64,000 bases of DNA from Octopus sinensis (taxonomy: Eukaryota). The notes below the pieces were generated by a model. It was not told the origin of the DNA. It saw nothing but the letters and a program-made list of their open reading frames with translations, and made no database searches. Where the stretch lies: assembly GCF_006345805.1 (NCBI RefSeq), contig NC_043010.1, positions 20,274,001-20,338,000 on the forward strand, written 5' to 3'. Below are positions 12,633 to 25,005 of this stretch, piece by piece (the first letter of the stretch is position 1; every line of letters starts with the position of its first letter). The position numbers and the translations under genes are program-made.

Positions 12633-13189
12633 CAAAGTTGAAAAAGTGTGACACACTGACATTCACATTTATTATATTAGATATGCTTAATTTTGGAGAA
12701 ACTTAATTTCAATTAAAGTGTATTTTATGTGTGTGTGTGTATGTAATAAAGAAAGCAAAAAATAAAACAAAAATGATAGTGTTCAGTATGTTGGTGACAG
12801 GAATTTCTGTGAAAGAGACATGATTAAACAAAGTTGTACATCATCTCCCTCCTTCTCTCACATACCCACTCTTTCTCTCTCTTTTAATTATTACTCCCAC
12901 TGCCACCATTAACATTACTACTTTTAATAAGCATCATCAACTCTCCCTAAATTTCATTGTCGCTCTTTCTCTCCTCTTTTTCTTTCTCCCTTTCTCTCTG
13001 TCTGTCTTCGTTACCGCCCTCATCGTCTCTATGCCTACTATTACTCTCACTCCATCATGAGTAATAGTAGGTGTGTAATTGAATAGTGAGAGAGGGGGTG
13101 TAAGTGTGACACACTGACACACAGAAACTAGTTTTCACATTTATTATAATATATATATATATATGAACTTCTCGGGTTCAGTGTCTTCT

Positions 13190-13880
13190 GGGGCCAAACA
13201 ATGCCTTGCGAGTGGATTTGGTAGACAAAAACTGAAAGAAGCCCATCATATATATGTGTGTGTGTGTGTGTCTGTGTGTCTGTACCTCCACAATTGCTTG
13301 ACAACCAATGTTGGTGTGTTTATGCCCCTGTAACTTAGCGCTTCGGCAAAAGAGACTAATTGAATAAGTACTAGGCTTACAAATAAATCTTGAGTGTCGA
13401 TTTATTTAACTAAAGGCAGTGTTCCAGCATGGCCATAGTCAAATGAGTGAAACAAATAGAAGATTGAAAGAATATACATATGGTGTAGGAATGGCTGTGT
13501 GGTAAGTAGCTTGCTTACGAACCACATGGGTCTGGATTCAGTCCCACTGTGTGGTACTTTGGGCAAGTGTCTTCTACTATAGCCTCGGGCCGACTAAAGC
13601 CTTGTGAGTGGATTTGATAGATGGAAACTGAAAGAAGCCTGTTGTATATATGTATATGTGTGTGTGTGTGTGTGTGTTTGTGTGTTTGTCTCCCCAACAT
13701 TGCTTGACAACTGATGCTGGTGTGTTTATGTCCCTGTAACTTAGCGGTTCGGCAAAAAAGACCGATAGAATAAGTACTAGGCTTACAAAGAATAAGTCCT
13801 GGGGTCGATTTGCTCGACTAAAGGCAGTGCTCTAGCATGGCAACAGTCAAATGACTGAAACAAGTAAAAGAGTAAAGAGA
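13190..13880 (+). mobile_element. Two tandem SINE family B copies (truncated, then full length)
   Basis: GGCTGTGTGGTAAGTAGCTTGCTT head, internal (TA)/(TG) microsatellite, CAGTCAAATGACTGAAACAAGTAAAAGAG tail. Confidence 0.85.
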
Positions 13881-14539
13881 TATATATACATACACATACA
13901 CATACCTATATATATATGTGTGTGTGTGTGTGTATATACACACACACACACACACGCTTATATCTTCTCTTCTTTAGTTTTTCCATTTCTAACCCAACCG
14001 TTTGGTACGAAAGCAAGGGAAATGTATCAACAGAACACTGCAAACTCAGCTAATTTTAGTTATTTGTTTTTTACTTCATTTTATTTTAGAAACCAAACCT
14101 TCAGCCCGTCTCCCACAACTATCATATCCCACCCTTCCCCACCACCATTACCACCATCCTATGAAAAAAAAAAAAAGGAAATGACAAGAAATGGGGCAAA
14201 ACAAAGACACAAAATAATGATAAGACAAAGCAAACAAAAGCCGAGTTGTCCCTCAATCTATTTGCATTGTTTGTATGTTTACGTGATGTTTTGCAAGATG
14301 TGTGATGTCTGCACAGTTATGAGAATACCAAAGGAATTAGGATTTATGTTGTTGGCTTTGAAGAAATAAAAGACTAAACATTTATCTGACTAAAGATTGA
14401 TGTAATCCTGTCTCTCGTAAAAGACAATAAGTAAATGGATTTCACTTGGTGTCAACGAAGACTGTTCCTTTTGTTTGATTAACCGAATTCCTGCCAGTGG
14501 AAATCTAAAGTTTCAGATTCGAGGATGTCTTTGGTCAAG

Positions 14540-15125
14540 GTCATCATCATCATCATCAAATGTCCTTTTTCCATGCTGGTATGGGTTGGACGGTTCAAAA
14601 GAAGCTGGCAAACTAGAGAGCAGGGTCAGGCTCCAATTGGCAAGGTTTCTATTGCTGGATGCCTTTCCTAATGCCAACCACTTTACAGAGTGCTCCACTG
14701 GGTGCCTTTTATGTGGAACCAGAATAGGTGCTTGTTATGTGACACCAGCACAGGTGCCTTTTATGAGGCACCAGCACAGGTGCTTTTTATGTGGCACCAG
14801 CACAGGTGCTTTTTATGTGGCACCAGCATGGGTGCTTTTTATGTGGCACCAGCACAGGTGCTTTTTATGTGACACCAGCATGGGTGCTTTTTATGTGGCA
14901 CCAGCACAGGTGCTTTTTATGTGACACCAGTACAGGTGCTTGTTATGTGACACCAGCACAGGTGCTTTTTATGTGGCACCAGTACAGGTGCTTATGTGAC
15001 ACCAGCATGGGTGCTTTTTATGTGGCACCAGTACAGGTGCTTGTTATGTGACACTGGCATGAGCGCTCTTTATGTGAAACCAGTACAGATGCTTTTTATG
15101 TGACACCAGCACAGGTGCTTTTTAT
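14540..15125 (-). mobile_element. RTE 3' end with an expanded 26-bp tandem array (about 14700-15125)
   Basis: (CAT)n tail; unit GGTGCTTTTTATGTGGCACCAGCACA repeated about 16 times. Confidence 0.85.
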
Positions 15126-15469
15126 GTGTTTGATCATATTGTATCTATGACTTGAACATTTTCCCTCTCTCTCTCTCTCTCTCAGTGTCTTGCTATCACA
15201 TACTCAGACACACATACACACACACATACGCACACATACACATACACACACACACACACATTCAAAGCCACATACACACAGACACATGCACACAGACACG
15301 CGCACACAGATACAGACACACACACACACACACACACAGACATATGCACGCAGATACACACACACACTCACATTCATGTTGACTTTCACCAGAATCTGCA
15401 ATAAAAATGTTTTGTTGTTTTTCTCTCCGCTCTGTGCCAGCAGGGTGCCACCCTCTTGTTGCATCTTTT

Positions 15470-15895
15470 ATTTCTTACTTGTTTCTGTCATTAGACTGTG
15501 GCCAGACTGGGGCAACACCTTGAAGAATTTTTACTTGAATGCATCTATCCTGATACTGTTTTTTTTTTAAAATCTCGTACTTTAAAAAAATGCCAAGTAC
15601 TTTAAGCCTGGTTCTTATTCTGTCAGTCTCTTTTGCTGAACTGCTAAGTTACAGGCATGTAAATACACCAACACCAATTGTCAAGTGTTGGTGGTGTACA
15701 AACACAGACTCAAAGACACACACACACATGATGGGCTTCTTTCAGTTTCCGTTTACCAAATCCACTCACAAGGCTTTGGTTGGCCTGAGGCTAAAGTAGA
15801 AGACACTTGTCCAAGGTCCCACACAGTGGGACTGAACCCAGAACCATGTGGTTGCGAAGCAAGCTCCTTACCACACAGCCATGCCTGTGCCTATA
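15470..15895 (-). mobile_element. SINE family B, full length
   Basis: Reverse complement of the 13482-13880 copy. Confidence 0.85.
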
Positions 15896-15994
15896 TGCAT
15901 ACATATACATACATACAAACATATATATATTCATATATTACTCTATGTATATTTATACATACATACATTTATGTGTGTGTGTGTATATATGGAA

Positions 15995-16368
15995 GCACTC
16001 AGTCAGTTACGACGACGAGGGTTCCGGTTGATCCGAATCAACGGAACAGCCTGCTCATGAAATTAACATGTAAGTGGCTGAGCACTCCACAGACACGTGT
16101 ACCCTTAACATAGTTCTCGGGGATATTCAGCGTGACACAGAGAGTGACAAGGCCGGCCTTTTGAAATACAGGTACAACAGAAACAGGAAGTAAGAGTGAG
16201 AGAAAGTTGTGAAAGGGTACAGCAGGGATCACCACCATCCCCTGCCGGAGTCTCGTGGAGCTTTAGGTGTTTTCGCTCAATAAACACTCACAACGCCCGG
16301 TCTGGGAATCAAAACCGCGATCCTATGACCGCGAGTCCGCTGCCCTAACCACTGGGCCATTGCGCCTC
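15995..16368 (-). mobile_element. tRNA-derived SINE family D, well preserved; others at about 25840-26212 and 43290-43580
   Basis: Head GGCGCAATGGCCCAGTGGTTAGGGCAGCGGACTCGCGG...GATTCCC; 3' GTGGAGTGCTCAGCCACTT...GAACCCTCGTCGTCGTAAC. Confidence 0.85.
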
Positions 16369-16399
16369 TTTGTGTATATATATATATATATATATATAA

Positions 16400-16734
16400 A
16401 GGGTAAAGACCCCCTTCGGTCATGAATGACCATGGGATTGCACCTAGAAAGTTACCCTCCTAGACACAAGTCCGGGCAAGGTTGTTTATGGAAGACCAGC
16501 AGTCGCCCATGCATACCAGCCTCCCCTCTCCACACCACCTGTGTTATCCAAGGGAAAGACAAAGGTCGATACAGCTTGGCACCAGTGACGTCGCAACTCA
16601 TTTCTACAGCTGAGTGAACTGGAGCAACGTGAAATAAAGTGCCTTGCTCAAGAACACAACACGCAGCCCGGTCCGGGATTCGAGCTCACAACCTCACGAT
16701 CGTAAGCTCGACGCTCTAACCACTGAGCCATGCG

Positions 16735-16738
<4 letters not shown>
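16400..16738 (-). mobile_element. tRNA-derived SINE family E, well preserved
   Basis: Head GGCGCATGGCTCAGTGGTTAGAGCG...GCTCGAATCCC (A/B boxes) followed by a non-tRNA body. Confidence 0.85.
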
Positions 16739-16778
<40 letters not shown>

Positions 16779-16855
16779 TATATATATATATATATGTATA
16801 TATACACACACACTAAACCATTTTTTATTTTCTCTCCCTGTTTATTTCTGTGTTC

Positions 16856-16891
16856 CTTTCTGTTGAAGAGCGTAGGCTCGAAACGCAAAAG
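16856..16891 (+). ncRNA. Variant minimal hammerhead-like motif, probably inactive
   Basis: CTTT-CTGTTGA-A-GAGC(GTAG)GCTC-GAAA-CG-CA-AAAG; two deviations from the catalytic core. Confidence 0.4.
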
Positions 16892-17817
16892 ACTTCCTCA
16901 CTTTCCGAGTGTTAAACTAATACATCAGTTTGTTGTTTACACACCCATCTTTGTCTTTTGTTTTTTTGTAAATTCTCACTAGTTATACACACACATAAAT
17001 GTATGTATGTATAAAACAGAATAACTCAACAAAATATTTGTCAAATTCTGAAACTTTCTATGTTCAAACATTTTCGTTGATAACATGAGACGAGAGATTA
17101 ATGAGAAAGCTTCTTCCCTTTCAAGTCAATTTCTATGTAAAATACTGACAGAAAAAGAAAAAAATTGTTCTCTGCAGAAATTGGTGAAACCTTCACAAGG
17201 AAGAATGCTGTTAAGCAATGAGAATAAATGTCAAGTGTTCTTTGGGTATTCTAAATGGTTAGAACCGGAATTCTTATGGGGTCCATTCAACATTCAACAG
17301 CATATGGTTACATGCCACTGTTTTACTTGTATCAGATTTTTAATCTCAAGTGGGAACAAGTTTGCTTCTTGAATCAACGAGGAAGTCTCTTCATAGTTGC
17401 TTGACTTGCTAGAAATAACCACCAAATCTCTCACAAATCACATTCTACCATATCAAAATAAAATTTTAAAAAAATCTCACGTTGTATTTAAATCAAAGGT
17501 CTGCTGGTTTAGGGTTGAGTTAGGACCAAACAACTAGTGAAGCCCTCATTGTCCACCCACGGTGGTAGAGGTGGAGGTGGCGGGGCTGGTGGTAGTAGGG
17601 TGGGGATAGTATTTGTAGTTGTTGCGGTTGTGGTGATATTCCTACTAGTGGTGGTCATGGTAGTAGTAGTAGTTGTTGTGGTGCTGGTGGTAGTAATTCT
17701 TAGTCTTGTTATCCAGGTGGTGGAAGAGGAACAGACAAGGAGGAATTGGTCACTTCCCCTAGTGTTAAGTTAACCCTTTTTAGTGCCTTTGTATGGAACC
17801 TTCCAGTATACTTTTGT

Positions 17818-18176
17818 CTAACATATCACATCTCAAACATTTAATCACATATAAAGAAACATAATGCTTTTTCTTATACATAGAATACGGATGCACAAAA
17901 TCACAGAAGATGAAGCAAAATTTCATTTAGACAAGCATATAGAAAAAAGCGAATACAGTCTGTCGCAATATAAAAAATTAATACTTCAGTGTCTAAAAAA
18001 TTTTTTTTACATTATAAAACCTAAAATAATAAATATATAAAAATATAAAAGTACATATATATAAGAAACATATAAATACATAAGGTATAGATAAAGGTTC
18101 ATCGATTAAGAATTTTTTACAATTAAAAGTTACTTTTTATGATAAAAGGAAATCTTTTAAGACAGGCTGGTGCCAA

Positions 18177-18210
<34 letters not shown>

Positions 18211-18689
18211 ATATTTACAGTTCCTGTGGCCATTTCAAGGGTTCAACATAGTTAATGCACAAGGGTGCATTACGGTAATGACTCCTTCAATTTTTTTTTT
18301 TTTTTTTTGCTTGGACACCGGCTTTTCTTAAAAGGTTTCCCTTAAGGTTTCCCTAATCTTAAAAAGTAACTTTTAATTGTAAAAGATTCTTAATCGATGA
18401 ACTTTTATCTGTACCTTATGTATTTATATGTTTCTTATATATACGTATCTTTATATTTTTATATATTTATTACTTTAGGTTTTATAATGTAAAAAAATTT
18501 TTTTAGATGCTGAAGTATTAATTTTTTAATTTTTATCTTGTGATAGACAGTACTCACTTTTTTTCTATATGCTTGTCTTAATGAAATATTGCTTCATCTT
18601 CTGTGATTTTGTGCATCCGTATTCTATGTATAAGAAAAAGCATTATGTTTCTTTATATATGATTAAATGTTTGAGATGTGATATGTTAG
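17818..18689. mobile_element. Foldback element with about 370-400-bp inverted arms
   Basis: CTAACATATCACATCTCAAAC... pairs with ...GTTTGAGATGTGATATGTTAG; arms end in poly-A and poly-T around an about 80-bp spacer. Confidence 0.85.
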
Positions 18690-18929
18690 GTGGATGACCT
18701 AAATTTATTGTTTGTTCTACAACCAAAGTTTGTTAAACTCGTCTCATTTACTTGAGCACTTCTGTTGCAATCCTATTAACCCTCTTGTTCCTAATAAGAA
18801 ACAATCACTATTATTATTAACCCATGCTAGCATGGAAAACGGACGCTAAACGATGATGATGATGATGATGATACACACTCATAGAGGAATTTTTTAAAAT
18901 TTTAGTTAGGAATTTTGGATTGGTCCTAG

Positions 18930-19370
18930 TGATGTAGAACCAGCCCACTCAAAAGTACCTTGGATTGTAGGGCGACATGCCATGCTTGAGGAGACTATTG
19001 TGTCAAGTACATCAACATCAAAATCAAATCAATATGGAAATTGTAGTTGTGATATCCATGCTGGTAGTGCGTAAAAAGCACTATCTGAACGTGGCCAATG
19101 CCAGTTCCACTTTGACTGGCACCATAAAAAAGCACCATCCAATCATGATCGATGAAAGCTCTTTTGGCCCCTATGCTGGTGGCATGTAAAAAGCACCAAT
19201 TGCACTCTCAGAGTGGTTGGCGTCAGGAAGGGCAACCAGCTGTAGAAACACTGCTAGGTCAGATTGGGGCCTGGTGCAAACTCCTGGCTTCCCAGACCCC
19301 AGTCGAACTGTCCAACCTATGCCAGCATGGAAAACGGCCGTTAAACAATGATGATGATGATGATGATGAT
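18930..19370 (+). mobile_element. RTE LINE 3' end; further copies at about 20560-20710, 20750-21120, 25535-25797, 46490-46730, 57330-57560 (-), 61705-61830 (-), 63535-63770
   Basis: Shared AAAAAGCACC subrepeats, GGAAGGGCA.CCAGCTGTAGAAA and (GAT)n tail. Confidence 0.85.
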
Positions 19371-20153
19371 TGTAATTTTTGTGAACTACTTTATTGTAAA
19401 ATTCCTAGAGAGTTCTGTTTATCCTAATGAGGGGGGCATTGTGGGGGTCATTGCTGAGATGTGCTTTGACTTGTAATCAGACTCTGGTTATGAATTCCTG
19501 AAATGGCCATAGATGCAGATGACAAGTATGGAAGCGTGGAGTTATATTGAGTCAATTTCTTTATTAACCATGAGGTTGAGAAAAAGTGGGGATGATACGA
19601 GGACAAACAAAACAAACATTAGGGTCAGGATATCAAATGAGATGAAACGTATGAATAAACAAACAATTAAAATAGATACAATTAAACGAGAATGAGTGAT
19701 TAACAAAAAATGAAGGAGGACGTGGTTGACCCCACAAACCACATAGTCACACAGAAGACTTTGCTTTCTCCTTCTTTTGTTCTCGTTTAGACAGGTTCTT
19801 CCACTTGCAACATACTTGCTACAAACTTCCATCTTTTATGAAATGCGACAGGCATTTCTTCTCCAACCTTATTTTCCATTTCATGTGGAAAACGAAAAAG
19901 TCGATTAGCTCGAGACTGGAGATTTTGATGTTTGTTCTCTAATCAATGATTTTTGTCTCTGACTCAATTTCACTTAAGCACTTCTTTTTTGCAGTCCTAG
20001 ATATATTTTTTTGTTTCCATAAAAAGAAATGAAAATTATTTCTTGTCATATACATATATAATAAACAGAATGAGATAAGATCATTTATAAAGAGAAGGTC
20101 TGTATTTTGTATCTTCTCTACAATAATTATTACTTAAACATTTTCTCGCACCC

Positions 20154-20199
20154 TCTCTGATGAAGGGATATATAAAATATCCCAGAAACAGCTGTAAGA
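20154..20199 (+). ncRNA. Hammerhead-ribozyme-like motif (type I, palindromic stem III)
   Basis: TCT-CTGATGA-A-GGGATAT(ATAAA)ATATCCC-A-GAAA-CAGCTG-TA-AGA; predicted cleavage after GUA at 20196. Confidence 0.65.
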
Positions 20200-20422
20200 C
20201 CTTCCCTTTATAAATGATCTGAAAACTATTCACAGCCTTGGATTTTTTAATCTCATTCTGTTAATTATTATATATATGCATGTTAATACATGATCCACAT
20301 TGGACTCCTCATTCGTATCATTATTGAACCTAGAGTTTAACCATGGTCTGTCCATAGCTCTTACTCAGAGTTACCTGACACCTTAGGGTCATCTTGACTC
20401 CAACATCTCTCATACTCTATAC

Positions 20423-20560
20423 ATACGAGGGTGAGTCAATAAGTAATACCATTTTGTTTAGGAAAGGTATAATTGATGTATCATACATCAAAATGAAGCT
20501 GGTCCTCTGTAGATCACATCCCTACTTCTCCACATAGTCACTGTTTCTCTCAATAGTACT
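20423..20560 (+). mobile_element. Mariner-type left end fragment
   Basis: TACGAGGGTGAGTCAATAAGT is a mariner-like terminus; no matching right end found. Confidence 0.5.
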
Positions 20561-21161
20561 CATGGGGCGGTTGGCGTTAGGAAGGGCATCCAGCTGTAGA
20601 AACACTGCCAGATCAGACTGGAGTCTGGTGCAGCCTCCTGGCTTCCCAGACCCCAGTCGAATCATCCAACCCATGCTAGCATGGAAAATGGACGTTAAAC
20701 GATGATAATTATATATATATACATATATATAATAGATATGCTTGAGAAGACTTGTTGAGTCGTTAAAACTGATATCGTAGCTGTGGCCAGTGACCCCTGA
20801 CTGGCTCCCATGCCAGTGGTACCATCTGAATGTGGCCGATGCCAGTATCCTCTGATTGGATCCCGTGCCGGTGGCATGTAAAAAGCATCATTTGAATGTG
20901 GCCGATGCCAGTGCCCCATGACTGGCTCCTGTGCTGGTGGCACGTGAAAAGCACCCACTACACTCTCAGAGTGGTTGGCATTAGGAAGGGCAACTAGTTG
21001 TAGAAACATAGCCAGATCAGATTGGAACCTGGTGCAGCCACTGGCTCTTCAGACCTCAGTCAAACCGTCCAACTCATGCCAGCATGGAAAATGGACGTTA
21101 AACTATGATGGTGATGATGATAAATATGTGTGTGTACACAGAAATTAAACAGAGAAAGAAA

Positions 21162-21277
<116 letters not shown>

Positions 21278-21311
21278 AGATGTAAAGAGAGTGAATAAGC
21301 ATAAAACAAAC

Positions 21312-21392
21312 CTTGCTATGGATGGCGTTTAAATATGGTTTGTGACCACAGTTGCAGGTTAACAACCTCACTGCATCTGACTCAGCAAGACT
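21312..21392 (-). CDS. Coding exon C of the same gene
   Basis: Acceptor actattttcAG|, donor AAG|GTTTGT. 81 nt, phase 0-0: SLAESDAVRLLTCNCGHKPYLNAIHSK. Confidence 0.85.
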
Positions 21393-21574
21393 CTGAAAAT
21401 AGTTGAGGAATCTCTTTAATGGATTGCCCAATAAGGAAAATAAGAAGTGGCAATATACAAGGTGGGCCACAATTCATGACTCACTTATATTAGTTATATT
21501 TCTTTAATATTGCTTATTGTTATTGCATTGTTTAAATTTAATTATTTTATTTCTTAAGAAACACATATTAATAA

Positions 21575-22020
21575 ATATTCTTTTCTACTCTAAGCACAAG
21601 GCCTGAAATTTTTTGGGAGAGGACCAGCTGATTAGATTGACCCTCAGTATGCAACTGATACTTAATTTATCGACCCCGAAAGGATGAAAGGCAAAGTTGA
21701 CCTTGGTAGAATTTGAACTCAGAACGTAAAGACAGATGAAATACCGCTAAGCATTTCACCTTGAGTGCTAACGTTTCTGCCAGCTCGCTGCCTTGCTTAT
21801 TAAAAAATATTCTTTTCTACTCTAGGCACAAAGCTTGAAATTTTTGGGGAGGTGTCAGTTGATTAGATTGACTCCAGTATGCAACTGGTACTTAATTTAT
21901 TGACCCCAAAAGGATGAAAGGCAAAGTCGACATCGGAGGAATTTGAACTCAGAACGTAGCGGTAGATGAAATACCGCTAAGCATTTCGCCTGGCATGCTA
22001 ATGTTTCTGCCAGCTGGCTT
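21575..22020 (-). mobile_element. Two tandem SINE family C copies (alternative tail)
   Basis: Both begin AAATATTCTTTTCTACTCTA on + and end TTCTGCCAGCT. Confidence 0.8.
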
Positions 22021-24874
22021 CTTTGTATATTAATAAATATTAATATATTAATAATTATAGCTAACAAGTGAGTCATGAATTCTGGCCCACTCTGTGTGTG
22101 TTCATATGTGCACATGTGTACTCCCCTGCCGCCCACCTGTACAGGTATTCATTACATATATCCATTACTTTCAACAGTAGTGGGTAATTTGAGGTTGTGT
22201 TACCAAGCAGAGGTTACTGAACCTGGAATGCTGTTGGCTGGTTGTAGTAATATTCATCATGATGGCTTCGTGGTTAGGACACTTGGCTCTCAATTGTTCG
22301 GTCATGAGTTCAATTCCTAGTAGCACTTTGTGTCCTTGAGCAAGACACTTTATTTTATGGTGCCCCAGTCCACTCAGCTGGCAAGAATGGGTTGCATTTG
22401 TATTTCAAAAAGCCAGCCTCATCACATTCTGTGTCTCATTGAATCTTGCTGAAAACTACGTTAAAGGTATGTATGTCTTTGGAGTACTCAGCCACTTGCG
22501 TGTTGATTTCCCGAGCAGGCTGTTCAGTCGATTGGATCAACTGGAACACTCATTGTCGAAACCGGTGGAGTGCCAGTTTGATTGTTGTTGTTGTTTAGCC
22601 CAAGTCAGGTCTGGCATGGTAGATATATGATCGAAGACATTCCAGCAGTGACCATCACGTTTCAACAGATGAAATAAATCTGAGAGCAAGATATTTCCTG
22701 CAGAAACGAAGATCGTGTAGAACCTCCCTCATAACACTGAGTTCTGTTGTTCTCTTGCAAGCAGCGAGCCATGCACGATGAAGCAGAACTTTGAATATAG
22801 ACATTCCGGCCATGACGGTTAAATCTATTATTCAAACACAGTATATCTGGGACTACATCACCCAATGTGTTCTAACAGGTTATTCTATCAAATGTAATGG
22901 CTATTTATGAAAATTACTTCTAATTTATCAGGTATTATATTGTAGCTTAAAGATTTCAATGATGTGATTGTTTATTGTTTATTTCTACAATGGCATTGTA
23001 GGGCAGGTATGAGATGCTAGATCTGGCTAATTTGAACAAAAACCAGGTAAAATATTTGGGCTGGATATATGTCCAGTTTAAATGCTAAAGAGTTAAAACA
23101 ATAAAAGCTTGTGATTCGGGAGGTACTTAGTTGCTATTTCAAGCAAGTCAAGGAATTGAACAATGGCACAGAAGCTTCCCTTTGGTACATATCCCCTGCC
23201 ACTCTTGTTCACTTGATAACTGTCTTTTGACGTTGGAAGATGGAGAAAACCATTGTTTCCAGGAGATTCAAGGAATTATGGAAGGTATAAGAAAGTTCGA
23301 TGACATCTTGGGAAAGATGCTCTGAGTCTGGCAGTACTCAAGACTTAATACTCTTCAAATGGAATAATGTTTGTCTTCGATGTGGATTGGTTCCATTGAT
23401 AATGGTTTATTTGTTTCTTCTTTTCCATTCACTGATAAATGATATGGAGAAAATTGTAGACAGGCAAACAGCGATATGTGTGTGTATGTGTATAATAATG
23501 TCTTCCTATATCATGTGATGTGTGTGTGTGAATATGTGTGTGCATGTGTGTGTTTGTGTGTATGTGTGTAAATACGAATATACACATTTGAGTTACGAAT
23601 GTTTTTGAAATGTCATGAGAAAACTTAGTTTCTCAAGATAAATACTTGGAATTTTGGTTTCTCTCTGTGAGAATTTCTTGTTTTCATTGTAAACTTTCAG
23701 TAAAATTCCGTATATTTGAAATATTGCTGTGAAGAATAATTATTTCAAAATACTTTCTTCATGGCATGCCTCATGAAGTGTTGGCATTCAGTGATAGTGT
23801 GCCATTTGCAGAGATTCCTCACTGTTATGCTGCGTTCACTATTTGTAAGGAACAGTTCTTGCTCAGTTTGTCTCTTTGACAGCTCCACCATCTTGGGTCA
23901 AGTGAAGACCAAGGTTGGGCATTTGGAATCTTGGGTGTCTGTCACTCACAGGTCTCAATCAGTTGAGCAAAGCAGATGGGGCTACATCAACCTTTGCATG
24001 CTACCAAGAGTCAATGGTAGACCAGAAGAATTTGAACCCAGGGCCTAGGGACAACTTTTAGAAATCATGGGGTTTGTAGTGCCATGTTGAAGGCAGTGAA
24101 GGGCATTACCATATGAAGTAAATTCAACAGACATGCCATCAAGAATGTGCTGAAATGGTGCACATCCTTTCTTGATGACCCCATAAACCTGCTAATATTT
24201 GGCATTCAACAAGTTCTGTCTGACCCATAAAAGTGTGGGAAAGTGGGCATTAAAGCGATTATATTCTAGTATGTTATAGACAGCCAAATGAACTGTGAAA
24301 ATATAGACTGAAGTCCTTTACACAGAAGCATAATAATCAGGGAGTTTAATACCCTTTATTCACTCAACCATATTTATTCTGCAGATCCTTTTTTTTTTTT
24401 TGAGTGGTAGAACCCTTTCCATGGTTCAATAGCACCTTGCCCTTCGGAGTCTTTAGTGGAATATTATTTGGTGCAAGAATCCATTCCAGACTTCCAGTCT
24501 GAAGATAATTGATGAGATTATCTTCCCTCTCCCCACTCTCTCCTTCCATTCCTTCCAGCCATCTAAAGCAATGGTTCTCAACCGTGGCCCCCAGGGATGC
24601 ATGTAGCCCTCAAGCATCCTTCTAGTGAACCCTGACAATCTTCTTTAATTGGCTTGTGTTTTACTTTTTTTTGGTGAGGCCCCTTAAAAAACCCAGTTTT
24701 TTGGATCTGACCCAGATACGAAAAAAAGGTTGAGAACGACTGATTTAAACCCTTCCCTGTCAAACTAATCCATAAGACAAAACCCAAGTGCAAAACTATT
24801 GAAAGGTTTCAGGCTATATTGATGAGAGATTCCCAAGAGTAAGAGAAATATCTGAAGAATGGAAACCAACTTAC

Positions 24875-25005
24875 CAGAGCTAACTGTGCACTGGCATCAG
24901 AGAAATTCCACATTGTGTTGTAGGCGTAATAAGTGGGGAACCAGATTTCATCGTTTTTAAAGATTCCGATTGTATTTAAAACTTTGAGCATCTTCATAGA
25001 AACAA
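24875..25005 (-). CDS. Coding exon B of the same gene
   Basis: Long pyrimidine tract then ttctgccAG|, donor CTG|GTAAGT. 131 nt, phase 1-0, matching exon A (G+TT = Val): VVSMKMLKVLNTIGIFKNDEIWFPTYYAYNTMWNFSDASAQLAL. Confidence 0.9.

Noticed and set aside
16290-16738. tRNA genes (A/B-box heads here and at about 26130-26212, 43085-43205, 47161)
   Set aside because: The heads run straight into SINE bodies or tails, and I could not build a complete cloverleaf with an acceptor stem.
19810-19900. Possible minus-strand exon ending at a GTATGT donor
   Set aside because: No AG acceptor after the pyrimidine tract, and exons C and D already join in frame without it.
22640-22870. 67-aa CpG-containing minus ORF between exons B and C
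   Set aside because: No good splice pair and no recognisable peptide in any frame.
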